Below, in pieces: positions 1 through 9,332 of a stretch of DNA of 64,000 nucleotides. The stretch is taken from positions 22,282 to 86,281 of the forward strand of contig CALWAL010000002.1 of the NCBI GenBank assembly GCA_944373145.1, in the 5' to 3' direction. Positions within the stretch are counted from its first letter, which is position 1, and each line of letters opens with the position of its first letter. This DNA is from an uncultured Bacilli bacterium. GTDB lineage: Bacteria > Bacillota_I > Bacilli_A > RF39 > UBA660. A program made the translations under genes and the position numbers. A model generated the notes under the pieces. The model was not told where the DNA came from, made no database searches, and worked only from the letters and a program-made list of their open reading frames with translations.

Positions 1-141
1 ATCATTACTTAGTTCACGACATTTATTTAAATAAGCTTCAGCTTCTTTTAAAGAATTTAAAGTATTTTTACTAATAATTATTTTTTTAGCCCGATATAAA
101 TACATTTCTAACATTATAAGGGATTGTTTGTGTTTTAACAT
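1..141 (-). CDS. hypothetical protein, 5' part only (gene runs off the left edge)
   Basis: The reverse strand from an ATG at 139-141 reads MLKHKQSLIMLEMYLYRAKKIIISKNTLNSLKEAEAYLNKCRELSND with no stop before the window edge. It is not in the ORF track because it is truncated. No motif recognised. Confidence 0.25.
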   Translation of the reverse strand, partial: MLKHKQSLIMLEMYLYRAKKIIISKNTLNSLKEAEAYLNKCRELSND

Positions 142-253
142 ATTTCACTTTCTTTCACACACAGCAAGAGCCATTTTATCAGACAATTAATTATATGTCA
201 ATACCTAAATTTATATTTTAATAAAATTTTTTAATAAAAAAACATATACTTTA

Positions 254-1327
254 ATGAAAAGAGGTCTTATGGAATTAATTTTATCAAGTGAAGAAATTAT
301 TCAAGAAAATATACGCATGTCTTTGGAAAATAATACTTTGGTCTCTTTACTTAACTATCCTAAAACAATTACCACCAAAAAATTACGATCCTATTTAAAC
401 AGTGATTTCATACCTAATACAATCAATAGTAAAGATATTTTACAAAATAGAAATGTAAATATAAATAATAATGAAATTGACGTTTTAAAAGGTTTAACTA
501 TTAGAAATTCAACGTTAAAATATGTACCAACAGATGATAATTTTTATTGTGGCATTGTTGAAGAAAATGTTGCAACTGAGCTATATGCACTAGAACCAGT
601 TTTAATTTTACATTACAGTTTAGATTATAAATGGTATTATGTTCAAAGTTATTTTTACCGTGGATGGTTAAAAAAAGATGATATTTTACTAGTAAACGAT
701 GAAATCTTTAATAATTTCATTAATCCTAAAAAATTTATCATTGTCATAGATAAATATATAACCGTTTTAGAGCAAATCTTGCATATGGGTGTTAAAATTC
801 CATATCTTTTAGAGCATAACGATTATTATGAAGCTTTAATTCCTAATAAAGATGGCTTTAAAATAACTAATATAGCAAAAAGTGGGGTTAATAAAGGTTA
901 TCTCGCTTATACAGCTGACAAAGTTTACCAGCAAGCTTTAAAATACTTAAACACCACTTATCGTTGGGGTGGCACTGATAATGGTATCGATTGTTCTTTA
1001 TTAATTGTTAACGTTTTTAAAACTTTTGGATTATATTTTCCAAGAGACACCGCTCAACAAGAAAAAACAATTGGAATTAACAAAATTAATCTAAAAGGCA
1101 AAACATCAATTGAAAAAAAAGAATGCCTAAAAATTTTAAAGACACCTTACATTCTATATAAACCTGGTCATGTTCTACTTGGAATCAATGAAGATACGGT
1201 TATTCACGCATATGGAAAAGCACAAAAAGTAATTATTTCCAAGATATCTAATGCTTATGGTGATAATCTTTATCCCTACCTAACAAGTGCGATTAACTTA
1301 TTTAGAAAGAATAGTTTACATATATAG
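254..1327 (+). CDS. NlpC/P60-family peptidase, probably a YkfC-like gamma-D-Glu-diamino-acid endopeptidase; no signal peptide
   Basis: The C-terminal domain has NlpC/P60 hallmarks: YRWGGTDNGIDCSLL (catalytic Cys), PGHVLLGI...VIHA (His). The N-terminal ~200 aa are beta-rich and SH3b-like. No N-terminal hydrophobic segment, so probably cytoplasmic. Confidence 0.6.
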   Translation: MKRGLMELILSSEEIIQENIRMSLENNTLVSLLNYPKTITTKKLRSYLNSDFIPNTINSKDILQNRNVNINNNEIDVLKGLTIRNSTLKYVPTDDNFYCGIVEENVATELYALEPVLILHYSLDYKWYYVQSYFYRGWLKKDDILLVNDEIFNNFINPKKFIIVIDKYITVLEQILHMGVKIPYLLEHNDYYEALIPNKDGFKITNIAKSGVNKGYLAYTADKVYQQALKYLNTTYRWGGTDNGIDCSLLIVNVFKTFGLYFPRDTAQQEKTIGINKINLKGKTSIEKKECLKILKTPYILYKPGHVLLGINEDTVIHAYGKAQKVIISKISNAYGDNLYPYLTSAINLFRKNSLHI

Positions 1328-1405
1328 TTTTTTTCAAATAGCAAATTATTGACTTATTAACAATTTAAATATATACTTGAGTTGGAATAGAAATAGGGTG
1401 ATAGG

Positions 1406-2230
1406 GTGTTACGATATAACGAGGTTATCCACGCATTAGCTTTATTAGATCGCAGATTAGATCGTTTAAAGCATATATCAACTTTTATAAGTGCAGATGA
1501 ATATCGTGATATATATTCTTTATCACATCATTGGAATAGTCGAATATCATATTTGCGAAATAGTATCTTTAAACCAGAACAAGTGGATATTGATACTTTG
1601 GAACGTAATAAATTTCCTCTTAAATTATTTTCCACTGTACCAAATCATTCAATATATGATAGTGTTGCTGCTATACCCGTTGAATTTCAATATATAACTA
1701 CCAAAAAGAATGATGTTATTGTTCTTCGCATCGATTTAGGAGACAATAAATATTTAGTTAATGTCGTTGAAATAGATGATAATATATTATCAACGTTGCA
1801 AATATTATATGAAAAAAACATCACATCTTCTTCAAGAAAAGATAAGTCATACGCATTTGAGAAAGCATACTTTGAATATATACATAAAAATAGTTATTAT
1901 ATTTTATCAAAAAAGAAAAATTTATATCCAAGTTGGAAAAGTTTCTATGATGTTTTTTTTGCTAAATATCAAGTGTCTATAAGAGAATATAGTGAAACAG
2001 GAAGATATTTGTGGCAACGCGATTACATTTTGTTAGATAATAGAGCTATGAAAGACTATAAAATATATTCTTTAAGATCACAATGGCAAGATAATAATCG
2101 AGAAGATTTATCAAGCATTGATACTAGCAATAAGTACTTTAATATTGGCTCTTTATACGTTGATGAAAACGGAAATTATTGGAGTAGCCAAGATGCTTAT
2201 CAAAAATACTGTCAATTTTTAAACATGTAA
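1406..2230 (+). CDS. hypothetical protein (274 aa)
   Basis: Long ORF with consistent AT-rich codon usage. No recognisable motif. The inner 68-aa ORFs are out-of-frame artefacts. Confidence 0.4.
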   Translation: MLRYNEVIHALALLDRRLDRLKHISTFISADEYRDIYSLSHHWNSRISYLRNSIFKPEQVDIDTLERNKFPLKLFSTVPNHSIYDSVAAIPVEFQYITTKKNDVIVLRIDLGDNKYLVNVVEIDDNILSTLQILYEKNITSSSRKDKSYAFEKAYFEYIHKNSYYILSKKKNLYPSWKSFYDVFFAKYQVSIREYSETGRYLWQRDYILLDNRAMKDYKIYSLRSQWQDNNREDLSSIDTSNKYFNIGSLYVDENGNYWSSQDAYQKYCQFLNM

Positions 2231-2256
2231 AAAGGACTTTAAAGTCCTTTTTTATT
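2229..2256. terminator. bidirectional rho-independent terminator
   Basis: aaaaaGGACTTTAAAGTCCtttttta is a perfect 7-bp stem flanked by an A-run and a T-run. It sits between the convergent genes ending at 2230 (+) and 2252 (-). Confidence 0.6.
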
Positions 2257-3133
2257 GCACATTTTGATTATGATCAGTCTGCTCTTCCACCGGAGACTCA
2301 ACGACTGGTTGGGTTTCTGTTGGCACAGTAACCGACTCAACAGGTGCTACCACAGGCATTGGTGGAACAACTTCAACTGGTGTTTCAACAGTTGGATTAA
2401 TCATAGGTTGTACTGGTACAGCATTCATGGTAGTATTAACTACAGAATTATCAACTATTGGTGTATTTCCATTTTTTTTCTTTTTTAGAATTAAAACAAC
2501 AATAATGGCAATAACAATAGCAGCACAAACGCCAATAACTATGTATACAAGTGGTGAAGATGCACCAAATGAATAATTAATTTCATTTACTTCACCAAAC
2601 TTAATATTCCATGTATAAGTGTGACCGTCAACTTCATCAGCATTATGTGATTTTGCTTTACTTGGCAATGTAACTGAATAAGTAAATTTTAAATAGCTTG
2701 AATAAGATGCCAATTCATCAGAACTATATCCTCCCATAGAAGTTTCCGTAGCATCATAAACAAAATTAGCTGTATAAACACCGTCTTCATATTTAAAAAC
2801 CTTTGGTAAATCGGCTGTTTCCATAATAGTTTCTAAATGGAATTCAACATCATCAGAAGTACGAATATCCTTTAATTTATAAGACTTAGAAACCTCTATA
2901 CCAATCATATTATCTTCAGTATTTTTATATAGTTTAGCATCATATCCTTGTGCCTTTGCTTCGTCAATCGATTCTTGAAGATCATCTTCGCTTGTTAAAG
3001 AACTATCCATTGCCGTAATAACTTTAAGTTGCATTTCATCGTTAGTAATATCCATATGAATCTTTTGTTCAACACATCCCGTTAATAAAATTACCATTAA
3101 CAGTATACTTATCGTTTTAAAAAATCTTCTCAT
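2252..3133 (-). CDS. membrane lipoprotein with a C-terminal TM helix and a proline-rich cytoplasmic tail
   Basis: N-terminus MRRFFKTISILLMVILLTGC gives signal peptide II with lipobox LLTGC. A ~170-aa extracytoplasmic domain follows. A TM helix LVYIVIGVCAAIVIAIIVVLIL precedes the stop-transfer KKKKNG. The tail is Pro/Val/Glu-rich (PVQPMINPTVETPVEVVPPMPVVAPVES...). Confidence 0.55.
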   Translation of the reverse strand: MRRFFKTISILLMVILLTGCVEQKIHMDITNDEMQLKVITAMDSSLTSEDDLQESIDEAKAQGYDAKLYKNTEDNMIGIEVSKSYKLKDIRTSDDVEFHLETIMETADLPKVFKYEDGVYTANFVYDATETSMGGYSSDELASYSSYLKFTYSVTLPSKAKSHNADEVDGHTYTWNIKFGEVNEINYSFGASSPLVYIVIGVCAAIVIAIIVVLILKKKKNGNTPIVDNSVVNTTMNAVPVQPMINPTVETPVEVVPPMPVVAPVESVTVPTETQPVVESPVEEQTDHNQNVQ

Positions 3134-3163
3134 ACCTTACTCCTTCTACTATATTTCATTTTT

Positions 3164-3176
3164 ATTATATCATATT
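3164..3176 (-). promoter_or_regulatory. possible internal extended -10 promoter (TGaTATAAT) upstream of the lipoprotein gene
   Basis: The reverse strand reads aatatttaaTATGATATAATaaaaatgaaatatagtaGAAGGAGtaaggtATG. TGnTATAAT plus the RBS GAAGGAG lie in front of the 2252..3133 start. Confidence 0.3.
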
Positions 3177-3206
3177 AAATATTATTCGTAAATGAAAAAT
3201 AAAAGT

Positions 3207-3812
3207 TTATACTTCGCCACTTTTAGTATGAGCTTTTAAATTCATGCGATTAAGCAAACATAAAATAGCTATTTGAGTATCTTCATCCGCTTCTTCCTCA
3301 ATTGCTAATTGCATAATTTTATCAATTTCTTTTCCCATAATTATCCTATTCCCATCAGCGTTTTGCGATAATTTATCTTCAATTTGTTTTAATAACTTAA
3401 TCTCATCATTTAACCTTTCTTTACTTCTTGGGGCAAGACTATTATATTTTTGATATTCTACGTTTTTATCATTCTTAATTTTCTCTAAAAAACGAATCAT
3501 AATGTCTATTTCTTCCTCATTTAATTCAATTTCATACCCTTTATCTTGGATAGAAAAAGCAAAACGAACAACTTCTAAACGATCTAATTCTTCAGCCAAA
3601 ACATTACTTGGATAATAAGGTGACAAAATGCGTTTTAAATCTTCACGTGAATATGACTTTAATTTATCAAAACTCATTTCGAGAGAATCAATTAACTCAC
3701 ATAATTCATCTAATTGAACACGTTTAGTTAACATCTGCTCTTTTTTTAAATTTAAACTATTAATCCTACTTGTAATTGTGTCATGCAAGGCTTTTTTCAA
3801 TTTTTCTTCCAT
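3207..3812 (-). CDS. hypothetical coiled-coil protein (201 aa)
   Basis: Highly charged with heptad-like E/K/L-rich composition. It lies 16 bp downstream of the 452-aa ORF and 73 bp upstream of the lipoprotein ORF, all on the same strand, so co-transcription is likely. Confidence 0.4.
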   Translation of the reverse strand: MEEKLKKALHDTITSRINSLNLKKEQMLTKRVQLDELCELIDSLEMSFDKLKSYSREDLKRILSPYYPSNVLAEELDRLEVVRFAFSIQDKGYEIELNEEEIDIMIRFLEKIKNDKNVEYQKYNSLAPRSKERLNDEIKLLKQIEDKLSQNADGNRIIMGKEIDKIMQLAIEEEADEDTQIAILCLLNRMNLKAHTKSGEV

Positions 3813-3828
3813 AATATCACCTAATTTG

Positions 3829-5187
3829 TTATCTTTCTAACTTAAATATTTGGTTTTCAATTAAATTTGATTCTTTTAATAATTTTTGATAAGAAGCCCC
3901 ACCTTCAAAAATAATCTTATCTATTGTTTTAAAATAACTAGAATTAGAAAATGCCTCTAATATTTGCGGTTCTAACTTATCATTTATGTCTCTTAATTTT
4001 CCAAACATTAAAATTATTATGTGATTATTTAGTAATTCCTTGTAAAGAATAAAATCTTTATCCCCCGTTAACAAGCTTAACTCATTATTTAGTAAAGAAA
4101 CAGAATTTTCATCAATAATTGCGCCATTTTTTAATCTACGTATTAGTTCTATTGTTTCTAAAGTTAAATCTTTAAAATTTAAAATATCTAATCCAATCTC
4201 TTCAGTTAAAAATAACAAAGTTTTTTTATTTTTGAAATAATCAACACCTATTAATTGATTATTCTTCAATATTTCTTCGTACACAATTTTAGTTTGGAAT
4301 AATTGATCAAAAATATTATTTATCTCTTCTTCATTTGTAGCACGATTTAAGTATTCTACTAATTTATACATTAAAGTCCACAAAAAATATTCATATAAAT
4401 AATCGTCAAAATTTAACATTGATCTGGCTTCTTCTAAACCAATTTTTTTTGCTTCAACCTGTGTTGCAATAGTACTTAACTGTAAGGATGATTCCATTTC
4501 TTTAGCTATATTCCTATACCGCTGTTCGTGTGATTTTAAAAAAATAACATAATCAATGCGTTTATCTTCTTGTATCTCATCTAAAACATTGAGTTTTGAC
4601 TTTCTTAAAGTGTTTACACAATCCACTTTATCGTAATGCGCTAATAGTTGAGAATTTCTAATAACAAGCGCAGCTACCACAACCAAGACAGCATATTTAT
4701 CTTCCTGAAATATTTCTTCTTCTAAAACCCGAATATAAATATCTAAACTTTCAGCATCAACTATAACTCTATTAGTCAAAACATAGAATAGAGATTCCAT
4801 GTTTTTCAATAAATTTTCACATTCTGTTTGTTTAAAAAACAAATCATCTTTAGCTATTAAATAAGAGGATGCTTCACTTTTAATTTTTGCTAATAGCGCA
4901 GATGCTTCTTGATAACGGCGACTGGTTTTTATATTTGAGTTTGCCATTTCAACAATTACACATGCTAAAATTACACTTTCTATATCAAGTTCGCTAGAAC
5001 TATTATTTAAAAAAAGTTTTATCTTTTCAATATCGTATGAAGACAATTCATCAGCATTTTTAAAATTAGCTAAGGCCATAGCTATTCTGCGCACGTCTAA
5101 TTCTTGTTTGATATTTTCTAATTCTAAGGCTTTTAATTGATATATCTTTTGCAATCTTGATATTGCATTTTCTAAACTCTGTTGCAT
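3829..5187 (-). CDS. hypothetical all-alpha cytoplasmic protein (452 aa); first gene of a three-gene operon
   Basis: Long ORF with no TM segments and no recognisable catalytic motif. It diverges from the PP2C phosphatase gene across a shared 139-bp intergenic region. Confidence 0.4.
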   Translation of the reverse strand: MQQSLENAISRLQKIYQLKALELENIKQELDVRRIAMALANFKNADELSSYDIEKIKLFLNNSSSELDIESVILACVIVEMANSNIKTSRRYQEASALLAKIKSEASSYLIAKDDLFFKQTECENLLKNMESLFYVLTNRVIVDAESLDIYIRVLEEEIFQEDKYAVLVVVAALVIRNSQLLAHYDKVDCVNTLRKSKLNVLDEIQEDKRIDYVIFLKSHEQRYRNIAKEMESSLQLSTIATQVEAKKIGLEEARSMLNFDDYLYEYFLWTLMYKLVEYLNRATNEEEINNIFDQLFQTKIVYEEILKNNQLIGVDYFKNKKTLLFLTEEIGLDILNFKDLTLETIELIRRLKNGAIIDENSVSLLNNELSLLTGDKDFILYKELLNNHIIILMFGKLRDINDKLEPQILEAFSNSSYFKTIDKIIFEGGASYQKLLKESNLIENQIFKLER

Positions 5188-5270
5188 AGTAAAGCACCTA
5201 CCCTCTTATTCTCATATATAGTATATCAATTTATCAAAAAGAAAACAATCTTTTTCATTTCTCCAACAAT

Positions 5271-5299
5271 TTGACAATTTTCGTAAATAATGCTATTAT
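5271..5299 (+). promoter_or_regulatory. sigma-A-type promoter for the PP2C phosphatase gene
   Basis: TTGACA (5271-5276), a 17-nt spacer, then TATTAT (5294-5299). The RBS GGAGGG at 5315-5320 sits 6 nt before the GTG start at 5327. Confidence 0.4.
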
Positions 5300-5326
5300 A
5301 CATCTTGTCTTTTAGGAGGGATTGTT

Positions 5327-6172
5327 GTGTTTGCTTTTCTCAACAAAAGAAATAAAAACTCATGTAGAACCAAAGAGTATTCAGAAAATTATGGTATTTT
5401 GGATTCACTTAGCAATGTAGGATTAGTACGTAATAATAACGAAGATCGAGTTACTACTATTGTTCATCCTAAAAATTCTAATTTAAAATTGTTAGCAGTG
5501 GCTGATGGAGTTGGAGGATATGAAAATGGTGAAATAGCTTCTAACTTTACAATTACTACTTTGCAAAAATGGTTTACTAATTTAAGTGAAGATTTAATTA
5601 ACAATAGCAAATATATTTCCAAAAGTGTTACTCAAATAATTAAATTTATTAATAATTATTTATATATTGTAAAATCATATCATAATAGTTGTGGAACAAC
5701 TTTAACTTGTGCAATTATTAATGATTATAATACTATAATTGCTAATGTTGGCGATTCGAGAGCCTATATTATCAAAGATAACGAAATGAAACAAATTACT
5801 CGTGATGATTCCTTAGTATGGTATTTTTATGAGGCTGGTGATCTTTCTAAAGAGCAAATCAGATTCCATAAAAAAAACAGTTTAATTACAAAATATATTG
5901 GGCCAGATTTTAATGTAGACCCAGACATTACAATTATTTCTAATTACGATTATGATGGCATATTTTTGTTTACAGACGGTGTAACTGATTGCGTTTCCGA
6001 TTCCAAAATAAAAAAGATTGTTACAACCACTAAAAAAGATTGTTTAGCACATGCCATCATCGAAGAAGCTGTTTATGGAAAACCACCCAAAAGAAGTCCT
6101 AAAGGAAAAGATTTTTGTATTCCAATAAACGGTAAAGATAATGCATCAGTAGCTTTATATCTTAAAGCATAA
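5327..6172 (+). CDS. PP2C-family (PPM) Ser/Thr protein phosphatase, orphan (no adjacent kinase)
   Basis: Metal-binding PP2C motifs are present: RNNNEDR, LLAVADGVGGYENGEIAS, GDSRAYIIKD, FLFTDGVTD. Start is GTG. No Hanks kinase or PASTA protein is adjacent, unlike the usual prpC-prkC pair. Confidence 0.75.
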   Translation: MFAFLNKRNKNSCRTKEYSENYGILDSLSNVGLVRNNNEDRVTTIVHPKNSNLKLLAVADGVGGYENGEIASNFTITTLQKWFTNLSEDLINNSKYISKSVTQIIKFINNYLYIVKSYHNSCGTTLTCAIINDYNTIIANVGDSRAYIIKDNEMKQITRDDSLVWYFYEAGDLSKEQIRFHKKNSLITKYIGPDFNVDPDITIISNYDYDGIFLFTDGVTDCVSDSKIKKIVTTTKKDCLAHAIIEEAVYGKPPKRSPKGKDFCIPINGKDNASVALYLKA

Positions 6173-6198
6173 AAAAAGGACTTAGTCCTTTTTATTTT
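6171..6198. terminator. bidirectional rho-independent terminator
   Basis: aaaaaaaGGACTTAGTCCtttttatttt lies between the convergent PP2C and LMW-PTP genes. Confidence 0.6.
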
Positions 6199-6644
6199 GT
6201 CAAATAAGCAAGCAAAGCCTCACAACCTTCATATATTTCTTGGTATGCTTTTTCAAATAGGCCTGTTCCCCACGGATCAGCAATATCTCGAGGATTATCT
6301 GTATAATCCAATAAACGAGTTACTTTATTGCTGTAATCTATACCTACGATTTTTTTAATAGCATCAATATTATATTTTTCCATACCAATGAGATAATCAA
6401 AATTATCATAATCATCAATTCTAAGTTGACGAGCACGATGGGCTGTAAATGGAACTCCTTTTTCCTTTAATTTCTGCTTAGCTAAATAATAAATGTCATT
6501 TCCTATTTCTTCCCTACTAGTAGCTGCAGACTCAATATGAAAATTACCATCCAAGCCTCTTTCTTTAACTAGTTTTTTAAAAATGAACTCAGCCATCGGT
6601 GAGCGGCAAATATTACCATAACAAATAAATAATATTTTTTTCAT
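6192..6644 (-). CDS. low-molecular-weight protein-tyrosine phosphatase (an ArsC-like fold is also possible)
   Basis: The N-terminal P-loop MKKILFICYGNICRSPMAE gives a CX5R(S) motif. A D-P motif (IADPWG) acts as general acid. Size is 150 aa. Confidence 0.75.
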   Translation of the reverse strand: MKKILFICYGNICRSPMAEFIFKKLVKERGLDGNFHIESAATSREEIGNDIYYLAKQKLKEKGVPFTAHRARQLRIDDYDNFDYLIGMEKYNIDAIKKIVGIDYSNKVTRLLDYTDNPRDIADPWGTGLFEKAYQEIYEGCEALLAYLTK

Positions 6645-6653
6645 ATAAACCTC

Positions 6654-7262
6654 CTATACAATTTTAATACCAAGAAAAGGTGCCAAAGCAATAGCTTGAC
6701 CAATATTTACTTTAATACCTTTTAAACTATTTATATCAGTTTTTATTCCTTCAATATTAGAATTACTAAAATCTGCATCACTCATTTTAGAATTAATAAA
6801 TTCTGACGATTGAAAATTTGTGGATAAAATGTTTAACTTATTAAACTCGCAGTCCATGAATCGGGCATCAGAAAAATCATTACTATCAAAATTAACTTTT
6901 TTACTTTTGACATTTACCCAATTAATATATTTACCATTAACTTGCCTAAAAACCGTTTCTTGAATTTGACACTCGTCAAAAAAAGATCCTTGCATTTTAC
7001 AATTGATAAATTCACAATGATAAAAAACTGTTTTGTCAAACAACTGATTAGAAAAATCGCAGTCTTTGAATATACAATGTTCAACATTATTAAAAGTTAT
7101 TTTCAAAAGTTGAAAAGAAATATTTTCTATAAGGCAAGAGTCCATATTAATATTATTTAAATAAACTTCTTTTTTTGGTTGCCTAATAATTTTCTTATAT
7201 TCAAAATAATCATCTAAACATTCTTCAAATGTCGTTTCTTCTAAATTATCTAATTTTATCAT
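6654..7262 (-). CDS. pentapeptide-repeat protein
   Basis: Tandem A(D/N)LxF-type quintets appear throughout: CIFKDCDFSNQLFDKTVFYHCEFINCKMQGSFFDEC...NFDSNDFSDARFMDCEFNKLNILSTNFQSSEFINSKMSDADFSNSNIEG. Confidence 0.7.
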   Translation of the reverse strand: MIKLDNLEETTFEECLDDYFEYKKIIRQPKKEVYLNNINMDSCLIENISFQLLKITFNNVEHCIFKDCDFSNQLFDKTVFYHCEFINCKMQGSFFDECQIQETVFRQVNGKYINWVNVKSKKVNFDSNDFSDARFMDCEFNKLNILSTNFQSSEFINSKMSDADFSNSNIEGIKTDINSLKGIKVNIGQAIALAPFLGIKIV

Positions 7263-7316
7263 AATCCACCTACTTTTATATTATAACAACAAGAGCAAAT
7301 ATAGTAAATAAAAAAA

Positions 7317-8036
7317 CTAGCTATATATTTCTAGTTTATTTTCAATTAATTTTACAGTTGCTAAATATAGTCCAGCAATAAAAAGAATTCTAATAATACT
7401 TAAAATTGAAAAGCCAATAAAAGAAGATATATCTAGTGAAATAAAATTAAAAAATTCTTCAGTAATATAAGTAATAAAATACCATAAAATAATTCCAAAT
7501 ATAATAGATCCTTTACGATTTGGAAATAAGCATCTTGATAGAATATAACAAAATGTGACAATAGCTGTAAAAGTTGTTGATAATATTACTAAATATATAA
7601 AGCTTCTTAATAAGTCAATGATATTAATATCAACGAATAATTCTACTAAGACATTTAATGCCTTTGGGAAAGTGCTCATTTTAGCAACGACAATAAGGAT
7701 TCCAAAAATAAAAATAAAGGCACATATAAAGTTAAGAAGAATTGCTAAAAGATATTTTGCTAAAAGAATTTTGTAAGGAGAAAAAGAAATCATACTTTCT
7801 AACATAAAAGTCGGTTTTCTAAATGTGTCAATCACCTTTTTACTTCCATATATAAAAATAGAAAAACCGGAGACAAATATAACAATAAAAAATGATAATG
7901 CAATTAATGTAGTAAGAAAACCGTCATTACTAAAAGGTATAAAATAAAATAAACCATATATAGCACTAATTAGAATTAATATTCTAAAATTACTTTTTCT
8001 AAAATCAAATAATTCCCATTTTATATATTTAAACAT
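7317..8036 (-). CDS. ABC-2-type transporter permease (about 6 TM)
   Basis: Polytopic hydrophobic protein. Its start overlaps the stop of the upstream ATPase gene by 8 nt (8029-8036), indicating translational coupling. Confidence 0.5.
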   Translation of the reverse strand: MFKYIKWELFDFRKSNFRILILISAIYGLFYFIPFSNDGFLTTLIALSFFIVIFVSGFSIFIYGSKKVIDTFRKPTFMLESMISFSPYKILLAKYLLAILLNFICAFIFIFGILIVVAKMSTFPKALNVLVELFVDINIIDLLRSFIYLVILSTTFTAIVTFCYILSRCLFPNRKGSIIFGIILWYFITYITEEFFNFISLDISSFIGFSILSIIRILFIAGLYLATVKLIENKLEIYS

Positions 8037-8727
8037 GACTAAACACCTCCAAATAATACTGCTCTAGTGTTTTTCCTTGTTTGATAATATCTTCTACACT
8101 TATATGGTTCATAACACATCCATTTTTTAATAAGATTATTTCGTCTAATATACCTTCTGTATCTTTAATCAAATGAGTAGAAATAAGAAGTAAATTATTG
8201 GGATTTGAAGCCATCTTAATAACAGTCAACATCTCATGCTTAATTAGAGGATCTAAATTCCCCAAAGGCTCATCTAGTAAATAGATTGGAACATTCCTAG
8301 ATAAAGTTAGCATCAAAGCCACCTTTTCTTTATTTCCTTTTGATAATATTTTTAACTCATCATTAATATTTAATCCTAATTTTTGACTAAAATCATAAGC
8401 TTTATTTTTATCAAAATCACTAAACATCTCTTCATAATATTTGATTGCATCGCTTATCTTCATAGTTTCATATAAAAACTCACAGTCGGGCATAAATGAT
8501 ATATATTTTCGAGTTTCGTAACCAGTTAAGTGATTACATATTTTGACTACACCTTCTTGCTCTCTAATAATATGCATTAACGTTTTTAGTAATGTTGTTT
8601 TCCCGCTTCCATTTGGGCCTAACAATCCAATAATTTTTCCAGGCTCTAATTTTAGATTAACATTCGCTAAGGCAGTTTTATTACCGTACGTTTTTGTAAC
8701 ATTATCTAAATCAATTAAATATTCCAT
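8029..8727 (-). CDS. ABC transporter ATP-binding protein
   Basis: Walker A GLLGPNGSGKTTLLKTL, a signature-like LSKGNKEKVALMLTL, Walker B IYLLDEP and an H-loop ISTH. Confidence 0.8.
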   Translation of the reverse strand: MEYLIDLDNVTKTYGNKTALANVNLKLEPGKIIGLLGPNGSGKTTLLKTLMHIIREQEGVVKICNHLTGYETRKYISFMPDCEFLYETMKISDAIKYYEEMFSDFDKNKAYDFSQKLGLNINDELKILSKGNKEKVALMLTLSRNVPIYLLDEPLGNLDPLIKHEMLTVIKMASNPNNLLLISTHLIKDTEGILDEIILLKNGCVMNHISVEDIIKQGKTLEQYYLEVFSHV

Positions 8728-8760
8728 ATTTTACCTCCAATTTAAGTTTATCATATTTGA

Positions 8761-9204
8761 CTATAAATTCAAGATAAAAATACTAACATTTAAATATGTA
8801 GCAAAAATAGTCCATAATAAATATGGAATTTGTAAATAACTAGCTTTTTTATTTATTTGTTTAAACATATAAATCATTATAATAATTAAGATATCTAGTA
8901 CAATAATCCAAAGGCTTGATAAACCTAATTGTTCAAAAATAAAGAAAATAATTGGCCATAATAAATTAAAAAACAATTGTAAGTAATAAACTTGTCTAAC
9001 AATAGTATTACTATAATCTTTATTTACTAAATAATATGAAACACCCATTAATAAATATAAAATACTCCACATGATTGGAAATAACCAATTTGGTGGCGCT
9101 AAAGGAGGCTTAATTAACTCTTTATAAAAATCAAAGCTATTCATTAATAATAACCCAACTAAAGATCCCAAAATTAAAGGAATAAAAATACTTAACTTTT
9201 TCAT
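8761..9204 (-). CDS. tspO: TspO/MBR tryptophan-rich sensory protein
   Basis: Five-TM protein with the family hallmark LIKPPLAPPNWLFPIMWSILYLLMG. Confidence 0.7.
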   Translation of the reverse strand: MKKLSIFIPLILGSLVGLLLMNSFDFYKELIKPPLAPPNWLFPIMWSILYLLMGVSYYLVNKDYSNTIVRQVYYLQLFFNLLWPIIFFIFEQLGLSSLWIIVLDILIIIMIYMFKQINKKASYLQIPYLLWTIFATYLNVSIFILNL

Positions 9205-9332
9205 ATATCACCTCTATTTATATCATATTTATTTTTTTATATTTCATTCAATTTTATAAGTTAAAATTATAATAAATCATTGTTTTATTAATTTAATTAT
9301 GGTAAATTTAAATTAGAAAGTGTAGTGATATA

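Noticed and set aside
1491-1982. Two 68-aa plus-strand ORFs
   Set aside because: They are alternative frames nested in the 274-aa ORF 1406..2230. Ile/Tyr-rich junk translation.
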